From contig CAZLTC010000001.1 of assembly GCA_964562405.1 (NCBI GenBank), forward strand, positions 252 to 64,251: DNA of 64,000 nt. The letters run 5' to 3'. Below, one piece after another: positions 37,052 to 46,522 of the stretch (position 1 is the first letter of the stretch; each line of letters opens with the position of its first letter). Under the pieces are notes generated by a model. It saw nothing but the letters and a program-made list of their open reading frames with translations. It had not been told where the DNA came from and did not search any database. Position numbers and translations under genes: made by a program. The stretch comes from an uncultured bacterium. Lineage in GTDB: Bacteria > Joyebacterota > Joyebacteria > Joyebacterales > Joyebacteraceae.

Positions 37052-39580
37052 ATGCTCGAAACGAGGAACGGCTTCCGCGTAGGCGTTCTCACTGCGCTCG
37101 CGATCGCCGCGGCCGTCTGCTGGCCGACCCCCGCCGGCGCAACGGCGCAGGCGTCCGACCTCACTCACATTCACGCTCAGACGCCGGACGCCTCGGGCTA
37201 CCGCATGCCCGACAAGGCACTGGCAGACATCATAGACGCGAGAAGAACCCCGTGGGTGACCATCGGCCCCGGCAGGAAGTGGATGCTGCTGCGGGAACGT
37301 CCGGGCTATCCGTCCATAGACGAACTGGCCGAGCGCGAGCTTCGGTTGGCGGGAGTACGATTCAGGCCCGACCAGAACGCCCAGAGCAGGACCTGGTACT
37401 CGAACGGACTCGTGCTGCTTCGGATCGGTGACGCGACCACGGGCGCCGGAGACGCGCCCGCGGAGCGCGCGGTTACCGGCCTGCCGGAACGGCCGCGGAT
37501 CGAGAACGTGACCTGGTCGCCCGACGGTCGCACGATCGCGTTCACGAACACGACCCCGGAGGGACTCGAGCTGTGGGCGCTCGACGTCGAGAGCGCCGCG
37601 GCGCGCAGACTTACCGGGCCGGTCGTGTCGATGACGGCCGGCGTGTCACCCGCCTGGCTCTATGGGAGCGACGCTCTCGTGTGCTGCCTCGTCCCCGACG
37701 GGCGCGGCCCCGAGCCAGCGAGACCTTCGGTGCCCGAGGGACCGGTCATTCAGGAGTCGACGGGTGAGGCAGCCCCGGCTCGGACGTACGTCGACCTTCT
37801 TCACAGCGCCTACGACGAGAGGTTGTTCGAGCACTACATGACCTCTCAGCTCGCCACGGTCTCGCTCTCCAAAGACGTCAGGGAACTCGGATCGCCGGCT
37901 CTCATCTGGGACGTCGACCCGTCCCCGGACGGGAGGTATCTGCTCGTCACCGCGCTCCACAGGCCGTTCTCGTACCTGGTGCCGGTCTACAGGTTTCCCG
38001 AGTCGATCAGCGTGTGGACACTTGAGGGCGATGTCGTGCGTGAGATCGCCGACCTGCCGTTGAGAGACAACATACCGATAGCGCACGGCAGCGTGGCGAC
38101 GGGACCCCGCCAGGTCGGATGGAGGTCGGACGCGCCGGCGACTCTCGTGTGGGCGGAGGCCCTCGACGGGGGAGACGCCGGGGCGGAGACTGAGCTGCGC
38201 GACCGCCTGTATGTCCTCGAGGCGCCATTCGAGAGCGGCCCGAAGCCATGGATGGCGACCGAGCTTCGCTTCTCAGGCGTCGAGTGGGGGCACGACGGTC
38301 TCGCCCTCGTGAGCGAGTACTGGTGGCCAACGAGGACTGAGCGCGTCTGGAAGGTAGCTCCAGGGGAACCGGACATGGAGCCGACGCTCCTCATCGACCG
38401 TTCGTGGGAGGACGCCTACGCGGACCCGGGAAGCCCGGCGATGATACGCAACGGATACGGCAGGTCGGTGCTCCTGACCGGCGACGATGCGAACACCATC
38501 TTCATGATAGGCGACGGCGCGTCGCCGGACGGCAATCGCCCGTTCCTCGACGCGTTCGACACCTATCACGGCGAGACACACCGGATGTTCAGGTCCGAGG
38601 CACCGTACTATGAGAAGCCGGTCGCGGTCCTGAGCAAGGATGCACGGCACGTCATCACGAGCAGGGAGTCGGTCACTGACGTTCCCAACTATTTCCTGCG
38701 AGACCTCGCAGACGGCACGATCCGGCGACTCACCGACTTCCCGCATCCGACCCCTCAGCTGGTCAACCTGCAGAAAGAGCTGATCCGGTACAAGCGGGCG
38801 GACGGCGTCGACCTGACCGCCACCCTCTACCTGCCTCCCGGCTACTCGGTGGAGGACGGTCCTCTTCCGATGGTCATGTGGGCCTACCCCAGGGAGTTCA
38901 AGAGCGCCGACAACGCGGGCCAGCTCGACGACTCCCCGTATCGCTTCGACTGGATCGGCTGGTGGTCGCCGCTCCTGTGGCTCACCCAGGGCTACGCGGT
39001 GCTGGACGGGCCGACCATGCCCATCATCGGGGAGGGCGACCGGGAGCCCAACGACACGTATGTCGAGCAGCTCGTCATGAGCGCCCGGGCGGCCGTCGAC
39101 GAGGTCGTGCGCCGGGGCGTGGCCGACCGCGACAGAATAGCCATAGGTGGGCATTCCTACGGCGCGTTCATGACGGCCAACCTCCTCGCGCACTCCGACC
39201 TTTTCGCGGCGGGGCTCGCGCGGACCGGCGCGTACAACCGGACGCTCACGCCGTTCGGATTCCAGTCCGAGGAGCGGACGCTCTGGCAGGCGCCCGATGT
39301 CTATTTCGAGATGTCGCCGTTCATGCACGCCGACATGATCAACGAGCCGCTCCTTCTCGTCCACGGAGAGGCGGACGACAACCCTGGGACCTTCCCGATG
39401 CAGAGTGAGCGGCTCTACAGCGCCCTCAAGGGGCTGGGCGGCACGGCGCGCCTCGTGATGCTGCCCCTCGAGAGCCACAGCTATCGCGCTCGCGAGTCGC
39501 TCATGCATCTGTTGTGGGAGACGCAGGAGTGGCTAGACCGCTACGTGAAGAACCGTCCTGTCGAAGACGAATCGAGGTGA
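37052..39580 (+). CDS. secreted S9-family serine peptidase (prolyl oligopeptidase / DPP type) with an N-terminal beta-propeller
   Basis: Signal peptide. Catalytic GxSxG (GGHSYGAF), and Asp/His regions (LLLVHGEADDNPGT...ESHS). Confidence 0.85.
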   Translation: MLETRNGFRVGVLTALAIAAAVCWPTPAGATAQASDLTHIHAQTPDASGYRMPDKALADIIDARRTPWVTIGPGRKWMLLRERPGYPSIDELAERELRLAGVRFRPDQNAQSRTWYSNGLVLLRIGDATTGAGDAPAERAVTGLPERPRIENVTWSPDGRTIAFTNTTPEGLELWALDVESAAARRLTGPVVSMTAGVSPAWLYGSDALVCCLVPDGRGPEPARPSVPEGPVIQESTGEAAPARTYVDLLHSAYDERLFEHYMTSQLATVSLSKDVRELGSPALIWDVDPSPDGRYLLVTALHRPFSYLVPVYRFPESISVWTLEGDVVREIADLPLRDNIPIAHGSVATGPRQVGWRSDAPATLVWAEALDGGDAGAETELRDRLYVLEAPFESGPKPWMATELRFSGVEWGHDGLALVSEYWWPTRTERVWKVAPGEPDMEPTLLIDRSWEDAYADPGSPAMIRNGYGRSVLLTGDDANTIFMIGDGASPDGNRPFLDAFDTYHGETHRMFRSEAPYYEKPVAVLSKDARHVITSRESVTDVPNYFLRDLADGTIRRLTDFPHPTPQLVNLQKELIRYKRADGVDLTATLYLPPGYSVEDGPLPMVMWAYPREFKSADNAGQLDDSPYRFDWIGWWSPLLWLTQGYAVLDGPTMPIIGEGDREPNDTYVEQLVMSARAAVDEVVRRGVADRDRIAIGGHSYGAFMTANLLAHSDLFAAGLARTGAYNRTLTPFGFQSEERTLWQAPDVYFEMSPFMHADMINEPLLLVHGEADDNPGTFPMQSERLYSALKGLGGTARLVMLPLESHSYRARESLMHLLWETQEWLDRYVKNRPVEDESR

Positions 39581-39584
39581 TCGT

Positions 39585-40487
39585 ATGGGAAACAGAATGA
39601 CGCTCGTGCCGTTCGTATCGCTCACGCTCCTCGCGTTCATCGCTCTCGGGGGGTGCTCTCGGAGTTCAGGCCACGACGAGAACATCGACTCGATCGTGGC
39701 TGCCGAACACGCCTTCGCGGACGACGTTGCCGAGAAGGGACTGAGAGACGGCTTTCTTGACAACCTCGGGGAGAAGTCGGTGATCTTCAAGCCGCTCCCG
39801 GCGGGTGCCGTGGCCGTCTACGAGTCGATGGGGGACGCGCCGGGCCTGCTCTCCTGGGAGCCGACGCTGGCCGACGTGTCAGCCGCGGGCGACCTCGGTT
39901 TCACGACCGGCCCCTGGGAGTTCAGGACGAGCGCTGATGCCGAGGCCGTGGCGTTCGGGCAGTACGTCAGCGTGTGGATCAAGAACTCTGACGGCGTCTG
40001 GAAGGTCGCGATCGACGTTGGAACACCGAACGACCCGCCGACCGGACCTCCGGCCGAGCTCAAGAGGAGAGGGTACGAGCGCGTGAGGTCCCCCTACGAA
40101 CCGGCGGCGACGTTCGAGGACGTGCTCGACGCCGAACGCGACCTGTGGACGAAGTCGTCGACGCTCGGGTTCGGCCCCGCTCTGTCGGCGATGGGCGCGC
40201 CCGACATGGTCGTGCTCCGGTTCGGAGCGCCACCGGCGACAGGACCGGACGCTGCTCTGCTCCTCGGTCGCGAGGCTCGCGCATCGTGGGAGCCGGGCGG
40301 CGGCTCGGTGTCGGAGTCGGGCGATATCGCTTACACGTACGGAGTCGTCGTTTACAAGGGAGACGAGGGCGACCAACCGGTCGCGCGCGCGTCCTACCTG
40401 AGGATCTGGGAGAGGCTGCCGTCGGGGACGTGGAACGTCGTGCTCGATCTCACCAACCCCATGCTTCTGCAGCAAGGAGGTGAGTGA
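39585..40487 (+). CDS. lipoprotein with tandem SnoaL/DUF4440-like (NTF2-fold) domains
   Basis: Lipobox LGGCS. Two related ~130-aa halves (..VSVWIKNSDGVWKVAIDV.. and ..YLRIWERLPSGTWNVVLDL..). Confidence 0.55.
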   Translation: MGNRMTLVPFVSLTLLAFIALGGCSRSSGHDENIDSIVAAEHAFADDVAEKGLRDGFLDNLGEKSVIFKPLPAGAVAVYESMGDAPGLLSWEPTLADVSAAGDLGFTTGPWEFRTSADAEAVAFGQYVSVWIKNSDGVWKVAIDVGTPNDPPTGPPAELKRRGYERVRSPYEPAATFEDVLDAERDLWTKSSTLGFGPALSAMGAPDMVVLRFGAPPATGPDAALLLGREARASWEPGGGSVSESGDIAYTYGVVVYKGDEGDQPVARASYLRIWERLPSGTWNVVLDLTNPMLLQQGGE

Positions 40488-41770
40488 TGAAGACCGGCCT
40501 GTTCTTTCTCATCACCGCGGCGGCGCTTCTCTCGAGCGTGTCCTGCTCTTCCGACGCTTCTGACGCCGGGAACGCGGGCGCAGCAGATGTCGAGGCCGAC
40601 GCGGCATGGATCATCAAGGGCGACATCGATCTCGCTTTCGGCCTGTACGAACGGCTGGCGCCTCGCGATGGCAACATCTTCTTCTCACCGCAGAGCATCT
40701 ACACCGCGCTCGCGATGACATACATGGGCGCGCGGGGTGCGACGGCCTCTCAGATGGAGGGTGCGCTCGGGTTCTCTCACATCGGCGCGGCCGACGGACC
40801 CGACGCCAGGCGGGAGCGGGTTGCGAAAGCATTCGGCTCGCTCAGGGCCGCACAGGATAGCGACGCCTCCTCAGCTGCTCACACCTTCGCCGAGGCCAAC
40901 GCACTCTGGTGCCAGCAGGGATACAAGTTCATGGACGAGTTCCTGTCGCTCAACCGCGAGGGCTTCGGTGCCAACACATCGACGGTCGACTTCGCGGGGG
41001 ACTCGGAGGGCGCCCGGAGCGCGATAAACTCGTGGGTAGAGGAGAAGACGTTCGGGAAGATCCGCGACCTCGTCGGTCCGAGCGACATCGATGCGCTCGT
41101 CCGCATCGTCCTGACCGACGCCGTCTATTTCAAGGGACTCTGGGACGCGCAGTTCGACCCCAAGGCGACGCGCGACGCGGCGTTCCACACGGACCCCGGT
41201 AGCCCGGGAGGAGATGTCACCGTTCCGATGATGTCGCACAAGGGCGATTACCTCTACGCTGACGTGGAGGGCGCCGGCGCGCAAGTGCTGCAGCTGCCAT
41301 ACGAGGGTGGGCGGGCGGCGATGCTCGTCCTGCTTCCCCACGAGGATCTGCCCGGGGGCGTCTCGGCCCTCGAGTCCAGGCTCTCCTCAGCGAGCCTCGA
41401 TGATTGGATGAGGGAGATGCACGAGACGGAGGTTCTCGTGACCCTCCCGAGGTTCAAGATGACCTGGGGCGCTGAGGACATCATACCCGAGCTGCGCGCG
41501 CTCGGGATCACCGACCTGTTCTCCGGCGACGCCGACCTCTCCGGCATGGACGGAACGAGGGAACTCTACGTGAGCCGGGTGCTGCACAAGGCGTTCGTCG
41601 AGGTGAACGAAGAGGGGACCGAGGCCGCCGCCGCGACGGCGGTCGTGGCGAGGCTCAAGGCCATGAGGCCGCTCCAGTTCATGGCCGACCGACCGTTCGT
41701 CTTCCTGATCCGCGACACGCTGACCGGGGATATTCTCTTCATGGGGCGGCTCACGGATCCGGCGGCATGA
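40487..41770 (+). CDS. serpin (serine protease inhibitor) family lipoprotein
   Basis: Signal plus lipobox (SVSCS). Serpin hinge and reactive-centre loop (EEGTEAAAATAVVARLKAMRP), and a C-terminal serpin signature (FMADRPFVFLIRDTLTGDILFMGR). Confidence 0.85.
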   Translation: MKTGLFFLITAAALLSSVSCSSDASDAGNAGAADVEADAAWIIKGDIDLAFGLYERLAPRDGNIFFSPQSIYTALAMTYMGARGATASQMEGALGFSHIGAADGPDARRERVAKAFGSLRAAQDSDASSAAHTFAEANALWCQQGYKFMDEFLSLNREGFGANTSTVDFAGDSEGARSAINSWVEEKTFGKIRDLVGPSDIDALVRIVLTDAVYFKGLWDAQFDPKATRDAAFHTDPGSPGGDVTVPMMSHKGDYLYADVEGAGAQVLQLPYEGGRAAMLVLLPHEDLPGGVSALESRLSSASLDDWMREMHETEVLVTLPRFKMTWGAEDIIPELRALGITDLFSGDADLSGMDGTRELYVSRVLHKAFVEVNEEGTEAAAATAVVARLKAMRPLQFMADRPFVFLIRDTLTGDILFMGRLTDPAA

Positions 41771-42471
41771 CGTCGCTGCGCAACCTGAGACGCAAGATAA
41801 CGCGATCGGACGCGTTCGTCGGGGCCCTGGCGGCCGTGACGCGCGCCTTCATCATCGCGTACTCGAAGACTCTCCGGATCAGACTCGAGGCGCACGCCGA
41901 CTACGACGCGCTCGACCCCTCGAAGGTGCTGTACGGGTTCTGGCACGGCAGGCAGTTCCTCCTGGTCCCCGCGTTCAGGGGCAGTGGTATCGCCATCATG
42001 ACCGACCTGTCGTGGGCCGGGCGTATACAGAGCCGGGTCCTGGAAGGTTTGGGCTACGTGATCGTCCGAGGCTCGAGCAGGAGGAAGCCCGCCAGGGCAC
42101 TGGCCGCTATGAAGGCGGCGATTGAGTCGGGGCACCCGGCGGCCTTCGCCCTCGACGGTCCAGGCGGTCCGATCCACAGGTCTAAACCCGGCGTTCTCTT
42201 TCTGGCCGAACGGCTCGGGTATCCCATAGTGCCGGTTGGGACGAGCGCCTCGCGCGCCTTCAGCATCCCGCGCACGTGGTGCCACTATCTACTGCCGCTC
42301 CCGTTCTCGGCGTGCGTGGTGAAGCTGGGCCGGCCTCTCTGGGTGACTGAGTCCGACCTGACCGCGGAGGATGTGGACCGCGCGGTGAATCACGTTACAT
42401 TGGAGGCCGACATCGAGGTGGGTCTCGAACGGACGGTAGGGGAATGCGGCAGTCCGAAAGACGACGTGTGA
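41767..42471 (+). CDS. DUF374 domain protein (lysophospholipid-acyltransferase-like)
   Basis: 234 aa. ATGA overlap with the serpin stop. Conserved FWHGRQ block. Confidence 0.55.
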   Translation: MTSLRNLRRKITRSDAFVGALAAVTRAFIIAYSKTLRIRLEAHADYDALDPSKVLYGFWHGRQFLLVPAFRGSGIAIMTDLSWAGRIQSRVLEGLGYVIVRGSSRRKPARALAAMKAAIESGHPAAFALDGPGGPIHRSKPGVLFLAERLGYPIVPVGTSASRAFSIPRTWCHYLLPLPFSACVVKLGRPLWVTESDLTAEDVDRAVNHVTLEADIEVGLERTVGECGSPKDDV

Positions 42472-42489
42472 GCACCGAAAGGCGAAGAG

Positions 42490-42906
42490 ATGAGCAAGAG
42501 GAACAATAGGACCGACGAGGAGTGGAGGAAGGTCCTGACGTCCGAGCAGTTCCGCGTGACGCGCGAGAAGGGGACCGAGCCGCCCTTCACCGGGGAGTAC
42601 AATGATTTCAAGGGAGAGGGGATCTATAGGTGCGTCTGCTGTGGCAACCCGCTCTTCCGTTCGACCGAGAAGTACGATTCCGGCTCCGGGTGGCCGAGCT
42701 TCTGGGCGGCCGTGTCCGAGGACAGCATAGAGACGGAGCGGGACGACTGGGGCGGCATGTCACGCATAGAGATCAAGTGCGCCCGATGCGGCGCCCACCT
42801 TGGACACGTCTTCGAGGATGGGCCAAAGCCCACCGGGCTTCGGTACTGCACCAACTCGGCCTCGCTCGACTTCGATGAGAAGAAGGGTGGGGAGAAGGAC
42901 GACTAG
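42490..42906 (+). CDS. msrB: peptide-methionine (R)-S-oxide reductase
   Basis: SelR fold with two CxxC zinc motifs (CVCCG, CARCG) and the catalytic RYCTNS (Cys form, not Sec). Confidence 0.9.
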   Translation: MSKRNNRTDEEWRKVLTSEQFRVTREKGTEPPFTGEYNDFKGEGIYRCVCCGNPLFRSTEKYDSGSGWPSFWAAVSEDSIETERDDWGGMSRIEIKCARCGAHLGHVFEDGPKPTGLRYCTNSASLDFDEKKGGEKDD

Positions 42907-44354
42907 TTCGGAACGGCCGGGTCAACGAAGACTACCTTCTCGTTCGTCACGACCGCGAGGCCCGGTTTGGAGCGCCGCGGCTTCCTCACGTAGCGCTTCT
43001 CCGTATAGGTGACGGGTACCGTCCTGCCTCCGCCGGACTTGCTGTGGAATGCCGCTATGGCGGCGGCCTGCATGATGGCATCGGGACCAGGCTCCGACTT
43101 TCTTCCCGCTTTCTGGAGTATCACGTGCGAGCCCGGCGACTGCCTCGCGTGGAACCACAGGTCTCCGGGCCGCGCGATCCTGTGGGTCAGGATATCGTTG
43201 TCCCTGTTGGACTTGCCCACGAGAACCTTCCAGCCGCCCGCGACGGTGTAGGTCCTGAACCGGGCGCGCTCCTCTTCTCGCCTCCTCGGCTCGCGTCGTC
43301 GCGGCGGCCGGAACCGCTCCTCTAACTCGGAAAGGACGGCAGGCGACGCCGTCTCCAGACCGCTGATCTCGTCCTCGAGCGCGTCGATCTCGGATTCGAG
43401 CTGCGCGCGCCGTTCGGGCGCGCGACCGGCCCTTCGCTCGGCCTTCCGGGCGCGGGCGAAGAGCGCCTCGGCGTTGCGCGCGGGCGGGAGCGCCGGATCG
43501 ACGTCTATCTCGACCTCGGTCACGCCGTCGTAGTCGAGCAGCCTGAGACGCGCGTCGCCACGGCGAAGGGAGTCCTTTCGCATGAGCAGGAGCTGGGCCT
43601 TGTGCCGGTACTCGCCGGCGCGCTCGGAGTCCTCGATCTCGGCGCGCACCTTGCCGAGCGCCCTCCGCTTCCGTGCGAGCGCGCGCTTCATGACGCGCCG
43701 AAGGGCGGCCCTCCTTGCCGAGGCCGCTATCTCGGGCAGAAGCTCCCTCGCTGCGTGAAGAGCGGCCTCGTTCCACGTGACGAACGTGAGGGTCCCTTCC
43801 CAGGGACCGTCGTTGGGAGGAAGCCCGACGTGCAGCCTGCCGGCCTCGTCTCTGCGCCACGCGACGGCCGGCGGCCCGCACGCATACGTGCCGTCATCAA
43901 CACCGTGCGCCAACGTGACCGCGTCGCGGCCTCCGGGCATCGCAGGTTCAGCCTCGGGCCCATCGCAGGAGCCGGCATCTTCGAGGAGGAATGAGGGCCT
44001 CTCGCCGAGGTCGACGGTGAGCGACCGCCTGACCTCGCGGCCCGCGTGGTCCGTGCAGCTCGTGAGCAGGACCGCCGTCCGCCGGCCCGGCAGAGCGCTG
44101 AGCGAAGCGATCGTCGAGCCCACCAGATCCTCGAGCGGACTGGCGTCCACACGCTCCGTCGCCTTCCGGGGGCGGGAGACAACGTAGAGCAGTGGGAGCG
44201 CCTTCGTGACCGCGAATCCGAGACGGAGAGGCTCGCGTCCGTCGGTCTCGAGTTCGATCCAATCGCGCGCGAGCGCCACGGCCGCCGCGATGCGGTGCCC
44301 GACGAGCCGACCCGCCGTCTCGGCGACGATGGAATGCAGGACCGTGATGTTCAT
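42903..44354 (-). CDS. RqcH/Rqc2-like NFACT-family protein (ribosome quality-control homologue)
   Basis: NFACT-R domain block ([40 protein letters not shown]) and a coiled-coil region. ~483 aa from the ATG at 44354. Confidence 0.7.
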   Translation of the reverse strand: MNITVLHSIVAETAGRLVGHRIAAAVALARDWIELETDGREPLRLGFAVTKALPLLYVVSRPRKATERVDASPLEDLVGSTIASLSALPGRRTAVLLTSCTDHAGREVRRSLTVDLGERPSFLLEDAGSCDGPEAEPAMPGGRDAVTLAHGVDDGTYACGPPAVAWRRDEAGRLHVGLPPNDGPWEGTLTFVTWNEAALHAARELLPEIAASARRAALRRVMKRALARKRRALGKVRAEIEDSERAGEYRHKAQLLLMRKDSLRRGDARLRLLDYDGVTEVEIDVDPALPPARNAEALFARARKAERRAGRAPERRAQLESEIDALEDEISGLETASPAVLSELEERFRPPRRREPRRREEERARFRTYTVAGGWKVLVGKSNRDNDILTHRIARPGDLWFHARQSPGSHVILQKAGRKSEPGPDAIMQAAAIAAFHSKSGGGRTVPVTYTEKRYVRKPRRSKPGLAVVTNEKVVFVDPAVPN

Positions 44355-44436
44355 GACGGGAGTATAGCTCCGCGCTGTGCGTAGCGTCAACCTGACCGGG
44401 TTTTCGACCGCATACGCGCCGAATCTCGGCGAATCG

Positions 44437-44465
44437 TTGACTTGCTCCGTAAAACGCGGTATGTT
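44437..44465 (+). promoter_or_regulatory. sigma70-like promoter for the yicC-remA-gmk-rpoZ-coaBC operon
   Basis: TTGACT (44437-44442), 17-nt spacer, TATGTT (44460-44465). Lies ~40 nt upstream of the yicC RBS, in the divergent gap shared with the rqcH-like gene. Confidence 0.5.
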
Positions 44466-44504
44466 AGCAGTTCGCTACTGCACAGGAGCCAAGGAGGGAA
44501 TCCC

Positions 44505-45380
44505 GTGCTCAGGAGCATGACCGGCTACGGTGGATCGGAGAGAACCGACGGCGAGCGCAGCGTCCGTGTGGACGTGCGTTCGGTGAACCAGCGTTTCCTC
44601 GACGTTCAGATCAAGGCCCCCAGGCTCCTGCTTCCCGTGGAGGACCGCATGAGGAAGGCGGTCGAGGTCCGACTGGCGCGCGGGCGCGTCACCGTCTTCA
44701 TCGACTGGCGCGGGGGCGGGGGTACCGCCGTCTCGCTGAACGTCGCGGCGGCCCGCAGCCTCGTTTCGGAGCTCAGGGCTCTTGGACGCGACCTCTCTCT
44801 CCCGGGTGACCTCGACCTCTCCGCTCTGGCGACGTTTCCGCAGATCTTCGAGTCCTCCGAGGGCGGCGAGGAGGCGGACAAGTTGTGGGCCTTCGTGGAG
44901 CCCGCCCTTTCGCGGGCGCTCGATGACCTCGTGGCGATGCGTGAGGCCGAGGGACGCGAACTTCACACCGAGCTGCGTGCCCGACTGGACTCGATAGCCG
45001 CGATCGTGTCGACGGTCGAGGAGACGGCACCTGGAGTGGCCGAGACCCTCCGCGACAGGGTCATGACGAGGATTCGGGAGTTGATGGAGGGTGTCGCGCC
45101 GATAGACGACGCGAGGCTCCTGCAGGAGGCGGCCGTCGCCGCGGAGCGCGCCGACTTCACCGAGGAGGTCGTGAGACTTCGCGCGCACGAGTCCCAGGCC
45201 GCTCTGTGCCTCGACAGCGACGAGCCGATGGGCAAACGTCTCAACTTCCTGGTGCAGGAGATGCACCGCGAGGCCAACACGATGGGTTCCAAGACCGCTG
45301 ACACCGAGGTGTCGGGCGCGGTCATCCTGCTCAAGGAAGAGATCGAGAAGTTCCGGGAGCAGGTCCAGAACGTCGAATAG
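44505..45380 (+). CDS. yicC: YicC/YloC-family endoribonuclease
   Basis: N-terminal RSMTGYG and C-terminal DUF1732 region (EANTMGSK). AAGGAGGG RBS before the GTG at 44505. Confidence 0.85.
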   Translation: MLRSMTGYGGSERTDGERSVRVDVRSVNQRFLDVQIKAPRLLLPVEDRMRKAVEVRLARGRVTVFIDWRGGGGTAVSLNVAAARSLVSELRALGRDLSLPGDLDLSALATFPQIFESSEGGEEADKLWAFVEPALSRALDDLVAMREAEGRELHTELRARLDSIAAIVSTVEETAPGVAETLRDRVMTRIRELMEGVAPIDDARLLQEAAVAAERADFTEEVVRLRAHESQAALCLDSDEPMGKRLNFLVQEMHREANTMGSKTADTEVSGAVILLKEEIEKFREQVQNVE

Positions 45381-45400
45381 GTCGGGACGGGAGGTGGAGT

Positions 45401-45658
45401 TTGAGCGGAGTCCTCCTCAATATCGGGTTCGGCAACGTCGTGGCCAGCGACAGGGTCGTGGCCGTCGTGACGCCCGGTTCGGCGCCGGTGAAGAGACTGA
45501 AGGACCACGCGCGCGACACGGGCAAGCTCGTCGACGCCACGCAGGGCAGAAGGACTCGCGCCGTCATCGTGACGGACAGCGACCACGTCATCCTCTCGGC
45601 CATCGCGGCCGAGACCATCACTCAGAGGCTGGAGGGGCGGGACAACGGCGACTCGTGA
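45401..45658 (+). CDS. DUF370 (RemA/YlzA-like) protein
   Basis: 85 aa ([18 protein letters not shown]). Canonical position between yicC and gmk. Confidence 0.75.
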   Translation: MSGVLLNIGFGNVVASDRVVAVVTPGSAPVKRLKDHARDTGKLVDATQGRRTRAVIVTDSDHVILSAIAAETITQRLEGRDNGDS

Positions 45659-45676
45659 CGGGTCCCGCGCCGGAGT

Positions 45677-46258
45677 GTGAACTTGAACCGCAGGGGCTTT
45701 CCGATAGTTGTCTCGGGGCCGTCTGGGGCGGGGAAGACCAGCGTGTGCCAGCGGATTCTGGCGCTCGACCCGCTCATGGCCTACTCGGTGTCGGTGACCA
45801 CCAGACCGCCGCGGCCCGGCGAGACCAATCGACGGCACTACGAGTTCGTCGGAGACGAGGAGTTCGATGCCTTGACGAATGAGGGCGCGCTCGCCGAGTG
45901 GGCGGTCGTCCACGGCTACCGCTACGGCACCCGCCGCGCCGTCATCGACGAGCTTCTCGCCGCCGGCCGCGACGTCGTCATGGATCTCGACGTCCAGGGC
46001 GGCGAGTCGATGCGCGGGGCATACCCCGAGAGCCTGCTGATCTTCATCCTCCCTCCCTCGAGGGAGGCCTTGGAGACCAGGCTGCGCGGAAGGGCGACCG
46101 ACCACGACGAGGTGATCGCCACGAGGCTCAAGAACGCCGCCGATGAGCTGAGCTGCGCCACGCGCTACGACAGGTGCATCGTGAACGAGGATCTCGACCG
46201 CGCGGTGGCGGAGGTCCTACATGTGATCGAATCCGTGAGAGACAAGAGGAGCATGTGA
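45677..46258 (+). CDS. gmk: guanylate kinase
   Basis: P-loop VVSGPSGAGKTS and guanylate-kinase signature. Confidence 0.9.
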   Translation: MNLNRRGFPIVVSGPSGAGKTSVCQRILALDPLMAYSVSVTTRPPRPGETNRRHYEFVGDEEFDALTNEGALAEWAVVHGYRYGTRRAVIDELLAAGRDVVMDLDVQGGESMRGAYPESLLIFILPPSREALETRLRGRATDHDEVIATRLKNAADELSCATRYDRCIVNEDLDRAVAEVLHVIESVRDKRSM

Positions 46259-46291
46259 CGAGGTGGTTCCGAACTCGAGCAGGGAGTTGAG

Positions 46292-46522
46292 ATGAAGCAG
46301 CTGGACAAGAGGAAGCTTCTCAAGAACGCGCAGAACGAGTACCTGGGGGCCGTTCTGGCGGCCAAGGTCGCCAGAAGGCTGCACAACATGCCTCCCGAGG
46401 AGAGGTCCGACCCGAAGGCCAAGGTGACCTCGCTCGCGCTTGAGATGATCACCCAAGGAGAGGTCGAGTACGAGCTGGAGGACTTCGTTTCCAAGGCAGC
46501 CAGTGAGGATTTCGGGAAGTGA
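46292..46522 (+). CDS. rpoZ: DNA-directed RNA polymerase subunit omega
   Basis: 76 aa (NEYLGAVLAAKVARRL). Immediately downstream of gmk. Confidence 0.85.
   Translation: MKQLDKRKLLKNAQNEYLGAVLAAKVARRLHNMPPEERSDPKAKVTSLALEMITQGEVEYELEDFVSKAASEDFGK

Noticed and set aside
42490-42906. msrB as a possible selenoprotein
   Set aside because: The catalytic position reads RYCTNS with a Cys codon and the ORF is uninterrupted. There is no in-frame TGA.
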